DNA from: Octopus bimaculoides
Lineage: Eukaryota
Length of the DNA: 41,871 nt
Direction of reading: 5' to 3'
NCBI RefSeq assembly: GCF_001194135.2
Contig: NC_068983.1
Location: 139,100,432-139,142,302 of the forward strand
The position numbers and the translations under genes were made by a program. The notes beneath the pieces are model-generated. The model made no database searches. It had not been told where the DNA came from and saw only the letters and a list, made by a program, of their open reading frames with translations. Below, one piece after another: positions 1 through 12,082 of this stretch. Within the stretch, counting starts at the first letter, position 1. The number at the start of each line of letters is the position of its first letter.

Positions 1-536
1 ATATATATATATATACATATTGTACAAAGCACACGTGCACACACACACATTTTTGTGTGCGTTTTATTTTTCTCTTTGTAAGCGTCCACATTTACGTGTG
101 AACAAGGATTATAAAGACTTCTCTATACTGAAAGAGTTATACATTTTATTACAAACTGTAACTTCGCAAATCTTTACTCCGAATATTTCTCTTGCATTCT
201 GGGACAATTATAATAAAAGGAACGTAAAATGTGTATGTAATTTTGAGTTGGGAAAGATGGATAACTATCTTGAGCAATTTGGATTGCACAACAATGATGA
301 AAAAGAATTGGCTAGTTGTATATGCAATCGTAAGACGAGGAGTGAAAGGCTGGAGGACACATCAAATTCAAGGAGAAATAGTATTATACATACATAAATA
401 TATACATATATATATGTAAACAAGAGAGACAGAGACAGGCAGAAACAAGGAAAATGCCCCTTGTATTTGAATACTATGCATGTATTCTTTTAAAAAACTT
501 CATTTAATTTTTCCAAAATTTAATTGTTTTCCGTAC

Positions 537-578
537 TTACAGTTGGAAAAGTCTCAATGACCGAAACCAGTCCTGAAA
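537..578 (+). ncRNA. Decayed type I hammerhead ribozyme motif (probably non-functional)
   Basis: TTACAG (stem I 5') - TTGGAAA (in place of CTGAAGA, 3 substitutions) - AGTC TCAAT GACC (stem II, 3 bp plus terminal mismatch) - GAAA C CA GTC (minimal stem III, GUC triplet) - CTGAAA (stem I 3'). The architecture is retained but the core is mutated. Confidence 0.5.
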
Positions 579-689
579 TGTTCTTTTATAAAATCATTTT
601 AGCATTTTCTACCTTGATTTTTTTTTCTCATATATATATATATATATATATATANNNNNNNNNNTGTGTGTGTGTGTGTGTATAAGAGT

Positions 690-1381
690 CGAGCACAGTC
701 TGTGAGAAAAACATCGCCATCCAACCACAAATTTGGAAACGACATGCTGCAATGCTTAGAATTCAGGGCCCAGCTCCACTACGAACATTTCAGAGTGTTT
801 GGATGTCAATCTGAGGACAGTGCAATCTGAGGACATGTAAAAAATCAAAGATCCAGTCAACATAATGATGTTCGGAGTGATTGCTAATGATGGCGACATT
901 GTGCCTCCATTCATATACCAATAGGGCCTCGGACTCAACGGAGAGGACTAAATCAAGATTCTGGAGGAGGTAGTGCTGCCCTGGATCAAGAGGGCGGTTG
1001 CTTGAAGAATCTATGTCTTGCAACAGGACTCTGTACCATGCCACACAATCATGAGACCCCAGTTATGGCTGTTAGACAATTTCTGCGACCACATCACTCC
1101 TAACATCTGGCCACCTAACATCCCAGATTGTAACTCCCTTGCTTATTATGTGCGGGACACAGTTGAACAAGAGACCAATAAAACTCCTTGTAACACCAAG
1201 GATTTTGGCAACTTTCAGAAGAGTTGCAGCTGATTCCGAAGTCGTCTGGAGACCATGGTTGAAGCTAATGGCAATTTTATTGAATAAATTTACCCTTTAG
1301 TATTTCAAGGTATTTAAAAATAATTTTGGTAATTATATCTGTAAAAATGAGATGTCAGTGTTATTTTTATTCATTGCACAC

Positions 1382-1385
<4 letters not shown>
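690..1385 (+). mobile_element. Tc1/mariner DD37D (maT-like) transposon, internally deleted pseudogene
   Basis: Frame from 841 reads KIKDPVNIMMFGVIANDGDIVPPFIY*GLGLNGED*IKILEEVVLPWIKRAVA*RIYVLQQDSVPCHT...WPPNIPDCNSLAYYV...S*FRSRLETMVEANGNFIE* (stop 1285-1287). There are 37 residues between the QQD Asp and the position of the third catalytic Asp (here Ala). An N-terminal HTH-like remnant QIWKRHAAMLRI / NISECLDVNLRTVQ lies at about 729-825. In-frame stops at 922, 949, 1003, 1231. TIRs were not confidently paired, so boundaries are approximate. Confidence 0.88.
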
Positions 1386-1432
<47 letters not shown>

Positions 1433-1490
1433 GTCTGTCTGTCCGTCTGTTTGTCTGTCTGTCTGTGTGTCTGTCTGTCTGTCTGCCTGC
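1382..1490. repeat. (TATC)n grading into (TGTC)n compound microsatellite
   Basis: Direct reading of the tandem tetranucleotide run. Confidence 0.95.
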
Positions 1491-2700
1491 CTTCGCTGTG
1501 AAAATTACAGGAATTGCTCAAATTGCAAGCTGCTCTTTCTATATCAGAGTGAAAACAAATAAATGAACTAATTTTAAGCATCCTTCAGTCTACATGCGAA
1601 ACTACTTATTTATTTGCTCTCCATGTACACGGAGGAAGGTTAGAATTATTTCCGATGTATACAACAGCTGAAGTTCAATTTTCCATCTATATTGTATTGG
1701 AATATAAAGGCTGGTGACTTGAGTGAATTACCTAATTGATTTCCATACTTATAATGAATTGAGAAATATTAAAATCTTACTCATTCGACTTGTTAGTTAA
1801 CACAAGAATTTGAGATATACCAAAAATCTGCGATATACCATATCAGCTGTAAGATAAAGGGATGTACCTGAACAGTGTTGCATAGTGCCTTGCATTCTTT
1901 TCTTCCCAGACAAAAGAATTACATGAGTGAGTGCTGCAAAGTTCATGCCATTAGGGTTCTAGCTAAAGGCCTGGTCGGAGGCTCAACCTCCCGAGTTCTT
2001 GCAACATGGCTTAGAAAAACTGAAGGACCACTGTAATATGTGAGTGAATCTGAGAGGGGATTATGTTGGATAAAATCACATTTACCGAAAGCCAGGAACA
2101 TTTCATCGCCCTTTCGTAGATGCTATATAAACAAATACGTAATAACAAAATTGCTCTGTCTAATTTGCATAAGAGTGAAAGAACAGTAACGTATTAATAG
2201 TTCCCAACACAGCTATAACAAATATAATTTAAAATCGATTGCTCTATAAATAATGCTAGCCTGCTGTTCTCTCTGTAGGAAGAATAGGAATAAGCGATAC
2301 CTGGTAAAAGTTTAACATGACTTTTAGGGTGACAACAGAAAACAAAGAGTTGTATATCCATTAATGTCCTTTTGCACGTCACGTCAAAGATAAATTGTGT
2401 TTAGTAAAGAGACATTAAACTGAGGGCCTGCATTCTAATGCAAATTAGAAAAATAATTTCACTTCAGCCCAAGTTTTTATTAACTAAAATACTTCCCCCG
2501 TAAAGAAAGAATAAACATGTAAGTGGTTTCTTATCGAAGCTGAAAAACAGGACAACTTGAAATGTATTACAAATATTAATGTGGTCCTGGAGAGATAAAG
2601 ACTGTACGATGTATCCACTTTCTTTTTCTAACTACAAATACACACAATATCTGAAATTATACTAAAGCCTGTAGTGTTGTTATTGTTTACGATAATATAT

Positions 2701-2732
<32 letters not shown>

Positions 2733-2763
2733 ATGGACTTATGACTTAATATATATATTATTT

Positions 2764-2861
<98 letters not shown>

Positions 2862-5506
2862 CATGTATAAGATATATATACATATTTATATTTATGGTGG
2901 TTGTCTACTCCTTAGAAGANNNNNNNNNNNNNNNNNNNNNNNNNNNNNNNNNNNNNNNNNNNNNNNNNNNNNNNNNNNNNNNNNNNNNNNNNNNNNNNNN
3001 NNNNNNNNNNNNNNNNNNNNNNNNNNNNNNNNNNNNNNNNNNNNNNNNNNNNNNNNNNNNNNNNNNATATATATATATATATATACATAATAAAAGCCCA
3101 CCGACAGCATTAACAATTCAATCTTTAGTTCACAACGTTCATCAAGACTAAACATGAATATCTATTAGATTATTGCTCCTATCTATTCAATTATTAGCAA
3201 AAACAAAAGCAAATATATAATAAAAAATTACGTAAGAAAGTTCTATCCAGATTTAAACTGCACAGAAATATCACGTGATGTTGACGTATTCATAAATGTA
3301 CAAATATTTTAAAAGTTCTTACAAATCTAAAAACGTCTACAAGTTAAGGATTATAGAGGCTGAAGGAGGAATCAGGTTAATGTTTTTTTTTAAATATACT
3401 TAAATCATCTTTTTAACAAGCTGGAATATTTTGCAGCATTTAATTGAATATAGTATTTGAAAATTTAGACAGTAAATTTACAGACAATTAATTACATTTG
3501 TAATATTTCAGAGTTTTGCATCACGAAATGTTTATGAGGAAAATGATACGTACTTCCACCAAATATTAAAAAAAAAAAATTCTAACGTATTTCATAACCA
3601 TATAAAACGACACATTCAATGCAACAATAAAAATAGACTCTATAAAATTATGTGCAAGACAAATGAATGGGGTTTCTGAAATAAAAACACTAAAATCAAA
3701 TTAAGAAAATTTTATCACATCCCTTAATTAATACATAGAGGTAATGTCATTACATATGTCGCAGTGTGTATAAGTTTAAACAACGAATGTTAGGTTCAGC
3801 CACAAATGATGGTAGCAATCGCGTAGCAAATATGCATTCATCGCGTCAGTAGCTACTATTAAAATACGGTTAAGTTATTTAAATAAACAAATGTTTCTGA
3901 ACAAACTGCTATCTGTATGAATGAATAACACTTTACGCAAACATACCAGAAAAACACTAAACATTAGAGCACAGCTTTACGGTTTTATTCAAATGAAAAT
4001 GTTTCCGCGCCTGAGAGACATGATTAATTTATAAATTACAATGCTTTATTGAAAACTAAACTTATAATAGAATTTCAACTGCAGTAGTCAAGTATTAGGT
4101 AAGTAATAATTTACAGAATTAATGAGAAGGTATTCATCAGTAAATAAAATTAAAAAAAATTAAAATACTTGTAAATTATGACGTATAACAAACTTATTCA
4201 AATATGTATTAAACTAAATATGTATTAAAACAGAGTAGTATTACTTAGATTGATACGTATTCATGCAATTACAGGGATATACATATATACATATCTAGAG
4301 ATATCTATACATACAGAGATATCCATGCATACATACATATACATGTATAAACACATACACATGCCCAAACACACTTACACACCACCATAGTTATTAATAG
4401 ATGTACACATGTACATCGTCGTAATCTACGAATAAATTCAATAAAATTTGATTAGATTATATCAAATTAAATTATTCGTACTCACGTCTGACTAAAGAGT
4501 GTGAATTAGCTAAGAATTCTAAACCAACTTGACGCAAATGTAGAGTATTTTGAATATATGAAAACGATAACAAGTTTATTATAAATACTAATTTTATAAA
4601 TGATAAAGAAAGCACAGAAATAAAATTAGAACAGGAATTAGACGAGGTGAAATTTAATCTGTATACGACAGATGCAAAGTTATATAAATATGCATATACA
4701 CGTAGACATCCACTATCATACATATATGTACGTACATGTGTGTATATTTCAGTACATAGATACATATGAATATAGATATAGGCAAAGATATTGATGAAGG
4801 TAGAAAAAGAGAGAGACACACATGTTATCTAATGCTATAACAAAATTAAGAAGCAATAATTCACCGAAAATTAATACAGCATGAAATTGTAGGTAATATT
4901 TTGATGCAATGAAAAAAAAAACACACAAAAACCAGTGTATACATATAAGCAATTGCAGAAATTCAAACACATCCACTATAACACAGGTTCCATGCGCACG
5001 CATGTACCATACACATGTATATATCTATATATAATTACATATTTATACACACTGACTGTCTTTTAGAAAAAGTAATTCTCCAAATATAACTATATGCATA
5101 AGCACAAATGGATAGCTGTATAAATATTTATGTAATAACTACAAAGTATACAATAGAAATGTGTTTGAAAATATTATACCAAGATAGGTTTTGGTCCATA
5201 TTGTTGAAATATAAATTCAGGAGCAATGTTAAATGTTGTAGAAAAAAGGTGAAATCATGAATCGTAATACATTGATATATGATATACGATGAAGTATGCA
5301 AACTGAATTGTAATAATTCTAAGTCAATATCTGTGTGATTAAACAGAGAGTAACTTGAGTGGATGAGAATTGTAGAAGACTGACGAATAACATTCAGTTT
5401 TAGCTTAAATATCTAGCGTTGTCCAACACGTCACGTTCATTTTACATTTATGATATCATTGCACGCGACTATGGTACAATTAGCTGTTATCTACGTAAAT
5501 ATCCAT

Positions 5507-5508
<2 letters not shown>

Positions 5509-5548
<40 letters not shown>
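5509..5548. repeat. (TC)n microsatellite
   Basis: Direct reading. Confidence 0.95.
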
Positions 5549-5549
<1 letters not shown>

Positions 5550-5554
5550 ATATA

Positions 5555-5769
5555 TAGTATAACCCCGGTTTTCGAACAACTCTTATCACGAATAAAACTT
5601 ACTTTATCTCCTGTCTTTCTCATATTCATATAATACAATGTTATCTCGGTTTACGAACGCTTCTGATTACGAATAAATCGTGTTTAATATATTTCTATAT
5701 CTATATATCTCTACATATAGAGCACGATTTATTCGCGCTCAAAGTTGTTCGAAAACCGAGGCACTACTG
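5555..5769. mobile_element. pogo/Tigger-like MITE (Tc1/mariner superfamily, non-autonomous)
   Basis: 27-bp TIRs at 5555-5581 (TAGTATAACCCCGGTTTTCGAACAACT) and 5743-5769 (reverse complement CAGTAGTGCCTCGGTTTTCGAACAACT), 22/27 matching, with TA on both flanks. CAGT-type terminus. Internal 13-bp inverted repeat 5670-5682 / 5723-5735. No ORF. Confidence 0.82.
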
Positions 5770-5787
5770 TATATTATTAATAAATAA

Positions 5788-5791
<4 letters not shown>

Positions 5792-5869
<78 letters not shown>
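5792..5869. repeat. (AAT)n microsatellite
   Basis: Direct reading. Confidence 0.95.
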
Positions 5870-5964
5870 GGGATAAAATCCAAAATTACAGGTGAAAAAT
5901 CAATTAAAATCAATTTATTAAAAATTAAAATAAAATTAAGTTTCACAGTATAAAATATATATAA

Positions 5965-6225
5965 ATATATAGTATTAGGGAAAAGAACCAAGGTTTATGA
6001 ACTCATCGATGAAAATCCACTGTCACATATAGAAAAAAATTTATAATTAAAAGTACAATAAATAAGTATAATATAATACAAAGTAAATATAAGATTAAGA
6101 TAATAAAATGACTACACGTGTATACTTATTTATTGTACTTTTAATTATAATTTTTTTCTATATGTGACAGTGGATTTTCATCGATGAGTTCATAAACCTT
6201 GGTTCTTTTCCCTAATACTATATAT
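5965..6225. repeat. Long fold-back inverted repeat (arms 106/105 bp, 50-bp spacer)
   Basis: 5965-6070 is the reverse complement of 6121-6225 with a single 1-nt indel. TA-rich flanks. Confidence 0.95.
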
Positions 6226-6355
6226 ATATATATATATTTTTTTTTTTGTGTGTGTGTGTGTGTGTACGTATGTATGTATGTATGTATGTATGCTTTTATC
6301 TGTCTCTCAACACAATATATCTGTGCGTTTATGCATAAATTTACAAACGCATATA

Positions 6356-6550
6356 TTCTTTCATTCGTTTCAGTCATTTCACTGCGGTTATGCTGGAGCA
6401 CCGCCTATAGTCGAACAAATCGATCCCAGGACTTATTCTTTGTAAGCTTAGTATTTATTCTATTGGAACTTTTTGCCGAACCGCCAGCTTACGGGGACGT
6501 TAACACACCAACGTCGGTTGTCAAGCGATGTTGTGGGGACAAACACTGAC
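6356..6550 (-). mobile_element. tRNA-derived SINE, 3' tail segment (cephalopod-type)
   Basis: Shares ATGCTGGAGCACCGCC..GTCGAACAAATCGAYCCCAGGACTTATTCTTTGTAAGCTTAGTA with the copies at 16400-16610, 37460-37676 and, in opposite orientation, 15788-15925. The head may lie in the 6640-6993 gap. Confidence 0.88.
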
Positions 6551-6576
6551 ATATAAACACACACACACGCACGCAC

Positions 6577-6639
<63 letters not shown>

Positions 6640-6993
6640 NNNNNNNNNNNNNNNNNNNNNNNNNNNNNNNNNNNNNNNNNNNNNNNNNNNNNNNNNNNNN
6701 NNNNNNNNNNNNNNNNNNNNNNNNNNNNNNNNNNNNNNNNNNNNNNNNNNNNNNNNNNNNNNNNNNNNNNNNNNNNNNNNNNNNNNNNNNNNNNNNNNNN
6801 NNNNNNNNNNNNNNNNNNNNNNNNNNNNNNNNNNNNNNNNNNNNNNNNNNNNNNNNNNNNNNNNNNNNNNNNNNNNNNNNNNNNNNNNNNNNNNNNNNNN
6901 NNNNNNNNNNNNNNNNNNNNNNNNNNNNNNNNNNNNNNNNNNNNNNNNNNNNNNNNNNNNNNNNNNNNNNNNNNNNNNNNNNNNNNNNNNNNN

Positions 6994-7032
<39 letters not shown>

Positions 7033-7088
7033 TTGTGTGTGTATGTGTATGTGTGTGCGTGCGTGTGTGTGTGTGTGTGTGGGTGTGT

Positions 7089-7255
7089 AGGCGCAGATGT
7101 GGTTGCTTGATAAGAAGCTTGCTTCCCAATCCCATGGTACCGGGTTCAGTCTTACTGTTTGGAACATTGGGCTATATTCTTGTACTATAATCTGGGAACT
7201 AGCACGGGTTTGTAAATGGATTTGTTACACGGAAACTGAAAGATAATCGTCTTAT

Positions 7256-7288
<33 letters not shown>

Positions 7289-7436
7289 CACATGCACACT
7301 CACAAATATATAAAATTTATGTTTGTGTATGTGTGCGCCTTTATGTCTAGATTTGTCACCACATCACTGTTGTTGGTTTGTTTACGTTCCCATGAATTAG
7401 CGATTCGGCAAATACCGACCGACCAAATAAGTACCA
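7089..7436 (+). mobile_element. tRNA-derived SINE with internal (CA)n, 3'-truncated, degenerate
   Basis: Head AGGCGCAGATGTGGTTGCTTGATAAGAAGCTTGCTTCCCAA..GGTACCGGGTTCAGTC (A/B-box-like) ...ACGGAAACTGAAAGA, then a microsatellite, then a tail matching the reverse complement of 6430-6545. Confidence 0.82.
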
Positions 7437-7653
7437 TCTATAATCACCCCTTTCTCTCATTTACATATAGAAATCCAAGCATACTTGTGATGCATGATTC
7501 TAAATACATATATGTAATTATATATACTCGTGGCAGTGTACATAGATTAATAAGAAAGTACGTATCTGTAGACGCATGTGTATTTTAGCGTGCGTGTGTA
7601 TGTGTGTGATTATATATGTGTGTATGAATGTGTATATTCATGCACGCATAGGT

Positions 7654-7688
<35 letters not shown>

Positions 7689-8280
7689 NNNNNNNNNNNN
7701 NNNNNNNNNNNNNNNNNNNNNNNNNNNNNNNNNNNNNNNNNNNNNNNNNNNNNNNNNNNNNNNNNNNNNNNNNNNNNNNNNNNNNNNNNNNNNNNNNNNN
7801 NNNNNNNNNNNNNNNNNNNNNNNNNNNNNNNNNNNNNNNNNNNNNNNNNNNNNNNNNNNNNNNNNNNNNNNNNNNNNNNNNNNNNNNNNNNNNNNNNNNN
7901 NNNNNNNNNNNNNNNNNNNNNNNNNNNNNNNNNNNNNNNNNNNNNNNNNNNNNNNNNNNNNNNNNNNNNNNNNNNNNNNNNNNNNNNNNNNNNNNNNNNN
8001 NNNNNNNNNNNNNNNNNNNNNNNNNNNNNNNNNNNNNNNNNNNNNNNNNNNNNNNNNNNNNNNNNNNNNNNNNNNNNNNNNNNNNNNNNNNNNNNNNNNN
8101 NNNNNNNNNNNNNNNNNNNNNNNNNNNNNNNNNNNNNNNNNNNNNNNNNNNNNNNNNNNNNNNNNNNNNNNNNNNNNNNNNNNNNNNNNNNNNNNNNNNN
8201 NNNNNNNNNNNNNNNNNNNNNNNNNNNNNNNNNNNNNNNNNNNNNNNNNNNNNNNNNNNNNNNNNNNNNNNNNNNNNNNN

Positions 8281-8329
<49 letters not shown>

Positions 8330-8679
8330 ATGTATGCACATGTGTATGAATATGTCTACGTAAAATACAAAAAAAAAGACGTATTTGAGTTTAATCGTTG
8401 TACATATGCATATCGTACATGCATACATGCATGCACACAAATGCATATATACATACATACATATTATGAACTAACTGCTACTTTCCCAGATGCAGCACGA
8501 AGTTTTTTCAGTGAACAGGTCGCGGTTTCGAAACGACGGAAACATTTTGACACATTAAATTTAAATGTTGAAGTGATTCCAACGGGTTCATGTGTGTTCT
8601 TAAATGGCTTATAAACATCTCCCAAGCTTCAATTGTTTATATATGTATATATATAAATGCTTGAAACATTGTGTATTGA

Positions 8680-8928
8680 TTGTAAAGAATAAAAGTTTTG
8701 AATGGTACAACAATGCACTATAATACAAACAATGGGCTATATACCTGTTGTAATTTAGTCATCCATAATCAGTTTATAGCAGCGACTCCATCTAAGAATA
8801 TCTGAAGAAGGAATTTTATTCCGAAATATCCTATCAGACTATGGATGACTAAATTACAACAGGTATATAGCCCATTGTTTGTATTATAGTGCATTGTTGT
8901 ACCATTCAAAACTTTTTATTCTTTACAA
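8680..8928. repeat. Long fold-back inverted repeat (arms 88/89 bp, 72-bp spacer) enclosing an HHR core
   Basis: 8680-8767 is the reverse complement of 8840-8928 except for one extra base in an A/T run. Confidence 0.95.
8802..8835 (+). ncRNA. Hammerhead ribozyme core motif (stems I/III not convincing in this copy)
   Basis: CTGAAGA (8802-8808) A GGAAT TTT ATTCC (stem II, 5 bp) GAAA (8823-8826) TATCCTA. Same CTGAAGAAGGA...TCCGAAATAT layout as 29752-29795 (-). Confidence 0.58.
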
Positions 8929-10232
8929 ATATATATATATATACTATTTTCTATCGTCATAAAAAATATGCGAAGTTTCCTACTCATCAAGCAACCCGGT
9001 ACAAGATTCTCTCTCAGAAGTAAATTAACTCACATGAAAATTCAATAACTTTGTTACTGAATAATATAATTCTGACTTGATAATATATCTCTCATCGGCA
9101 ATTTGCCAATTCTAGTTAATTCTCTTATGCACAATAATTCTTTATGTTTTTATTACTTTCTAATCTGAAGTCACATATGTGTGTGATATGCAGTATTTAT
9201 CGTGGGTCTCATAGCAGAGCAGTACGCTATAACTTAACTTGAGATTTACAACTTAAGCTCCCGTAAATAACAGTCATACACTTTGATTAGTGGAGATATT
9301 TCCTCATAATAATGTATCTGTTGCAATATTAAACGAAACTATATATTGCAGATCGAGTTTGCTCAACAATGATTATTGTGACACGGAGAGATTAGCCTAG
9401 AATTACGTGTAATATGAAATAGAATTTAAGTTTCATTCATGCAGTTATTGTTGAATTTATGGTTTTTTTCTTTTTGTATTGGTTTTGTATTTCTTTTAGT
9501 GTTGTTTTGTATTTTGAAAGCAACTGAATGCTTTTGATAATCTTGCTTTGTAGCAACTATTAGGCAGGTAGCGCTTACTTAATCTATGAAAGAGTAGTTG
9601 TTTTATTACAATAATATTTCAGTTAAATTTAGAATTCGTTATGGTCCAAGATCAGTTGTCTCTGAAAGGAGTTATGGTGGAGGCTCTGTACAGCCGTTAC
9701 TATCGCGCCTTTAAGACGATATATTGCGACTTATCGTTGCGAGTTTGGTGAAATTGGGTTGCTGTTTCTAACAGATGAAGTTCCCATATTGAATCACTTT
9801 AGTTGGCTTGTAACAGTTTAAATTATACAGTTTTAGACTGAAGAGCGAAATTGTTACGAGACATTTCATTCTTTAAACGAACATAGTCAGTAGATTCATT
9901 ACACATTCCATTGAATACTAAGTAGGTCTTTGGATTTGCATGATCAATGTCCCTAAGAAGCAAATTATTTTTGATTCTTCATGTAATTAAAATTAAGAAG
10001 TTATGAATTGAATGAGGATGTCTCCACGATTAAAAGATATTGCCCGTCTGAGGCAATCGACGTTTAAAATAACTTTTCACTCAGTTGATTAACTCTGTAA
10101 TTAAAATAAAAAAGGACTAAATTGATTCTCTTATCGATTAATTAATTTTTCCCTCTCGTTATTACAGTGAAGTTAGAGAGACCTTGAAGTATAGCATTTC
10201 AGAACACACACACACACACACAAAGACACACA

Positions 10233-10270
<38 letters not shown>

Positions 10271-11910
10271 CATACACACACACACACACTCTCGCATACA
10301 CACAGAGGGTACATGTGATAAATAGAGAAAACATAGGAAGAAAAACAGAGAGAGAGAGAGTGTGTGAGAGAGATAGAGAGCATGGCCTTTATTTCTCCTA
10401 ATCATATTTGCAAACGTAAACATTAATGGTTTCTATGTGAAAACTGTCATTTGTTAATTTATAAGTATATGTATCTAAGCATGTATTTGTGTGTGTATAA
10501 GTGTTTGTGCGTGTGCGTGAGTGTGAGCGAGTGAGAGTGTGTGTGTGTCCGTGTGCAAGTATGTATGAAAATGGACAGTAGATATTTTGTCATCATCCTT
10601 TTGATTTCCCTTCCTAACTTCTCAGACAAAATATAAGTGATTCAATTTCTCTCTGACTGAGACACACACACACACATCGTTTATACTCTGTTACATAGAC
10701 TAAATCGTCTTCAAATACAATGACAATAATAATATATTTTTATTGAAATGAAGTGAAGTGAATTGAAGGCAATGTAATCTTACTGTCATTCCAGAACAAG
10801 CTCGTGTTTAGTCGAATATATTTAATCAAAATGACAGAGCAATAAAGCTTTCATAGCTAAAGAGCACGACATCATTTCTGTTTTAAGACACAGTATTGTG
10901 ACAAAAGTTTCTGAGCTACGAAAAAGTAGGACATGATTAACATTGCTGAAACGTAGTATGTTACAAAATACGACTGCCATAAGAAATATGGATAGGAAGT
11001 TACGGTCATAAAACAGGAACTGAATTCTGCTGAAACACAAATATACTGATGGTACATTATCAACAAAATGTCTCTAAATTCTACACTACTGCATTATACT
11101 ATGTCACGCTACCACCTACTATAATACAATGCCACTGAAATATATCAAAAGTGTTGCAACTCAACACACACACGTACACAATGTACACACACAATCACGT
11201 ATATGCATGTATACATACAAAGTGTGTTTATGTATGCAAAGATTTACTTGAAATCTTAGAAAATATATCTGATACTCAAAGTTTCTTGCTGATATTAGCA
11301 ATTATTCAGACACTTTACTGTATCTAAAAAAGTTAGAAAATGTCAAACACCTTCGATTTTCTTGCAGTTTGCAAACTAGTATATATTTTGGTCGAGTGAA
11401 AATACTAAGAGTTAAGTTGCTTTATTATGCATGACAAAAAATGATTAGGTATTTCAATTTTTAGCTAGGAAAAGAAAATTGCGATGAGCAAAGTATAGAA
11501 TTAAAAGCAAAGAATTATAAAATAAAAAAAAATGAAATAGAGGGAACGAATATAACTGTTACCGATTTAGGTATAATATGGTGGATGGTAACGTAGTCGG
11601 AACTGTCGATTTGACACTTGACAGTAGGTTTGTTTGATCCCAGTCTAAGGGAGGAAATCCAAAGTTAAACCCAGCACTATTTGATATCAGCACGTTAGGA
11701 CATTGAAAACATATTGCAAGGGATATTTTTCCGATGGTCTAACGATTCTACCTGTTCATCAATTTAAAGAATGCAAATAATGAATAGAGGAAAAGTAAAT
11801 AAATAATGCAATATCGAAATCATGGAAGATAATATATTATAGACTGAAAAAATAGTTTTGTGCTCGAAAATGCACACAAATATATACATCGTAATATGAA
11901 TGCGCATACA

Positions 11911-12082
11911 AGGCAGCAAACTGGGAGAAACGTTAGCACGCCGGGCGAAATGCTTAGGTCGACTTTGCCTGTTATCCTTTCGTGGTCGATAAATTAAGTA
12001 CTAGTTGAGTACCGGGGACGATCTAACTGACTGGCTCTATCCCCAAAATTTCGAGCCTTACGCCATGAATAGAAAAGAATAT
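11911..12082 (+). mobile_element. tRNA-derived SINE, second family, internally deleted
   Basis: Head AGGCAGCAAACTGGGAGAAACGTTAGCACGCCGGGCGAAATGCTTAG fused to GGTCGACTTTGCC..TCCTTTCGTGGTCGATAAATTAAGTACTAG, which resembles the Meta/Sauria-type SINE central domain. Related fragments at 19815-19900 (-) and 39346-39440 (-). Confidence 0.8.

Noticed and set aside
541-572. Minus-strand 32-nt exon (DWFRSLRLFQL or LVSVIETFPT) with strong splice signals
   Set aside because: The signals are explained by the stem I inverted repeat of a decayed hammerhead; no recognised protein.
1781-4560. Minus-strand exon-like pieces (4486-4560, 2261-2300, 1781-1846) that can be stitched into peptides
   Set aside because: Each lacks either a canonical acceptor, a good donor or an open frame; the phases do not join consistently; no homology recognised.
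2674-8614. Long ORFs such as 7576-8349, 7610-8458 and 6460-7167, and similar ones at 25921-26887 and 33547-34093
   Set aside because: They consist of N runs and (AT)n/(CA)n microsatellites translating as YI/CV/HT repeats; not genes.
9835-9875. CTGAAGA GCG...ACG AGAC, a hammerhead-like string
   Set aside because: GAAA is not intact and stems I-III pair poorly; too degenerate to call.
10822-11066. Overlapping hydrophobic minus-strand ORFs of 64-72 aa
   Set aside because: No motif recognised, no consistent splice boundaries, and the length is compatible with chance.
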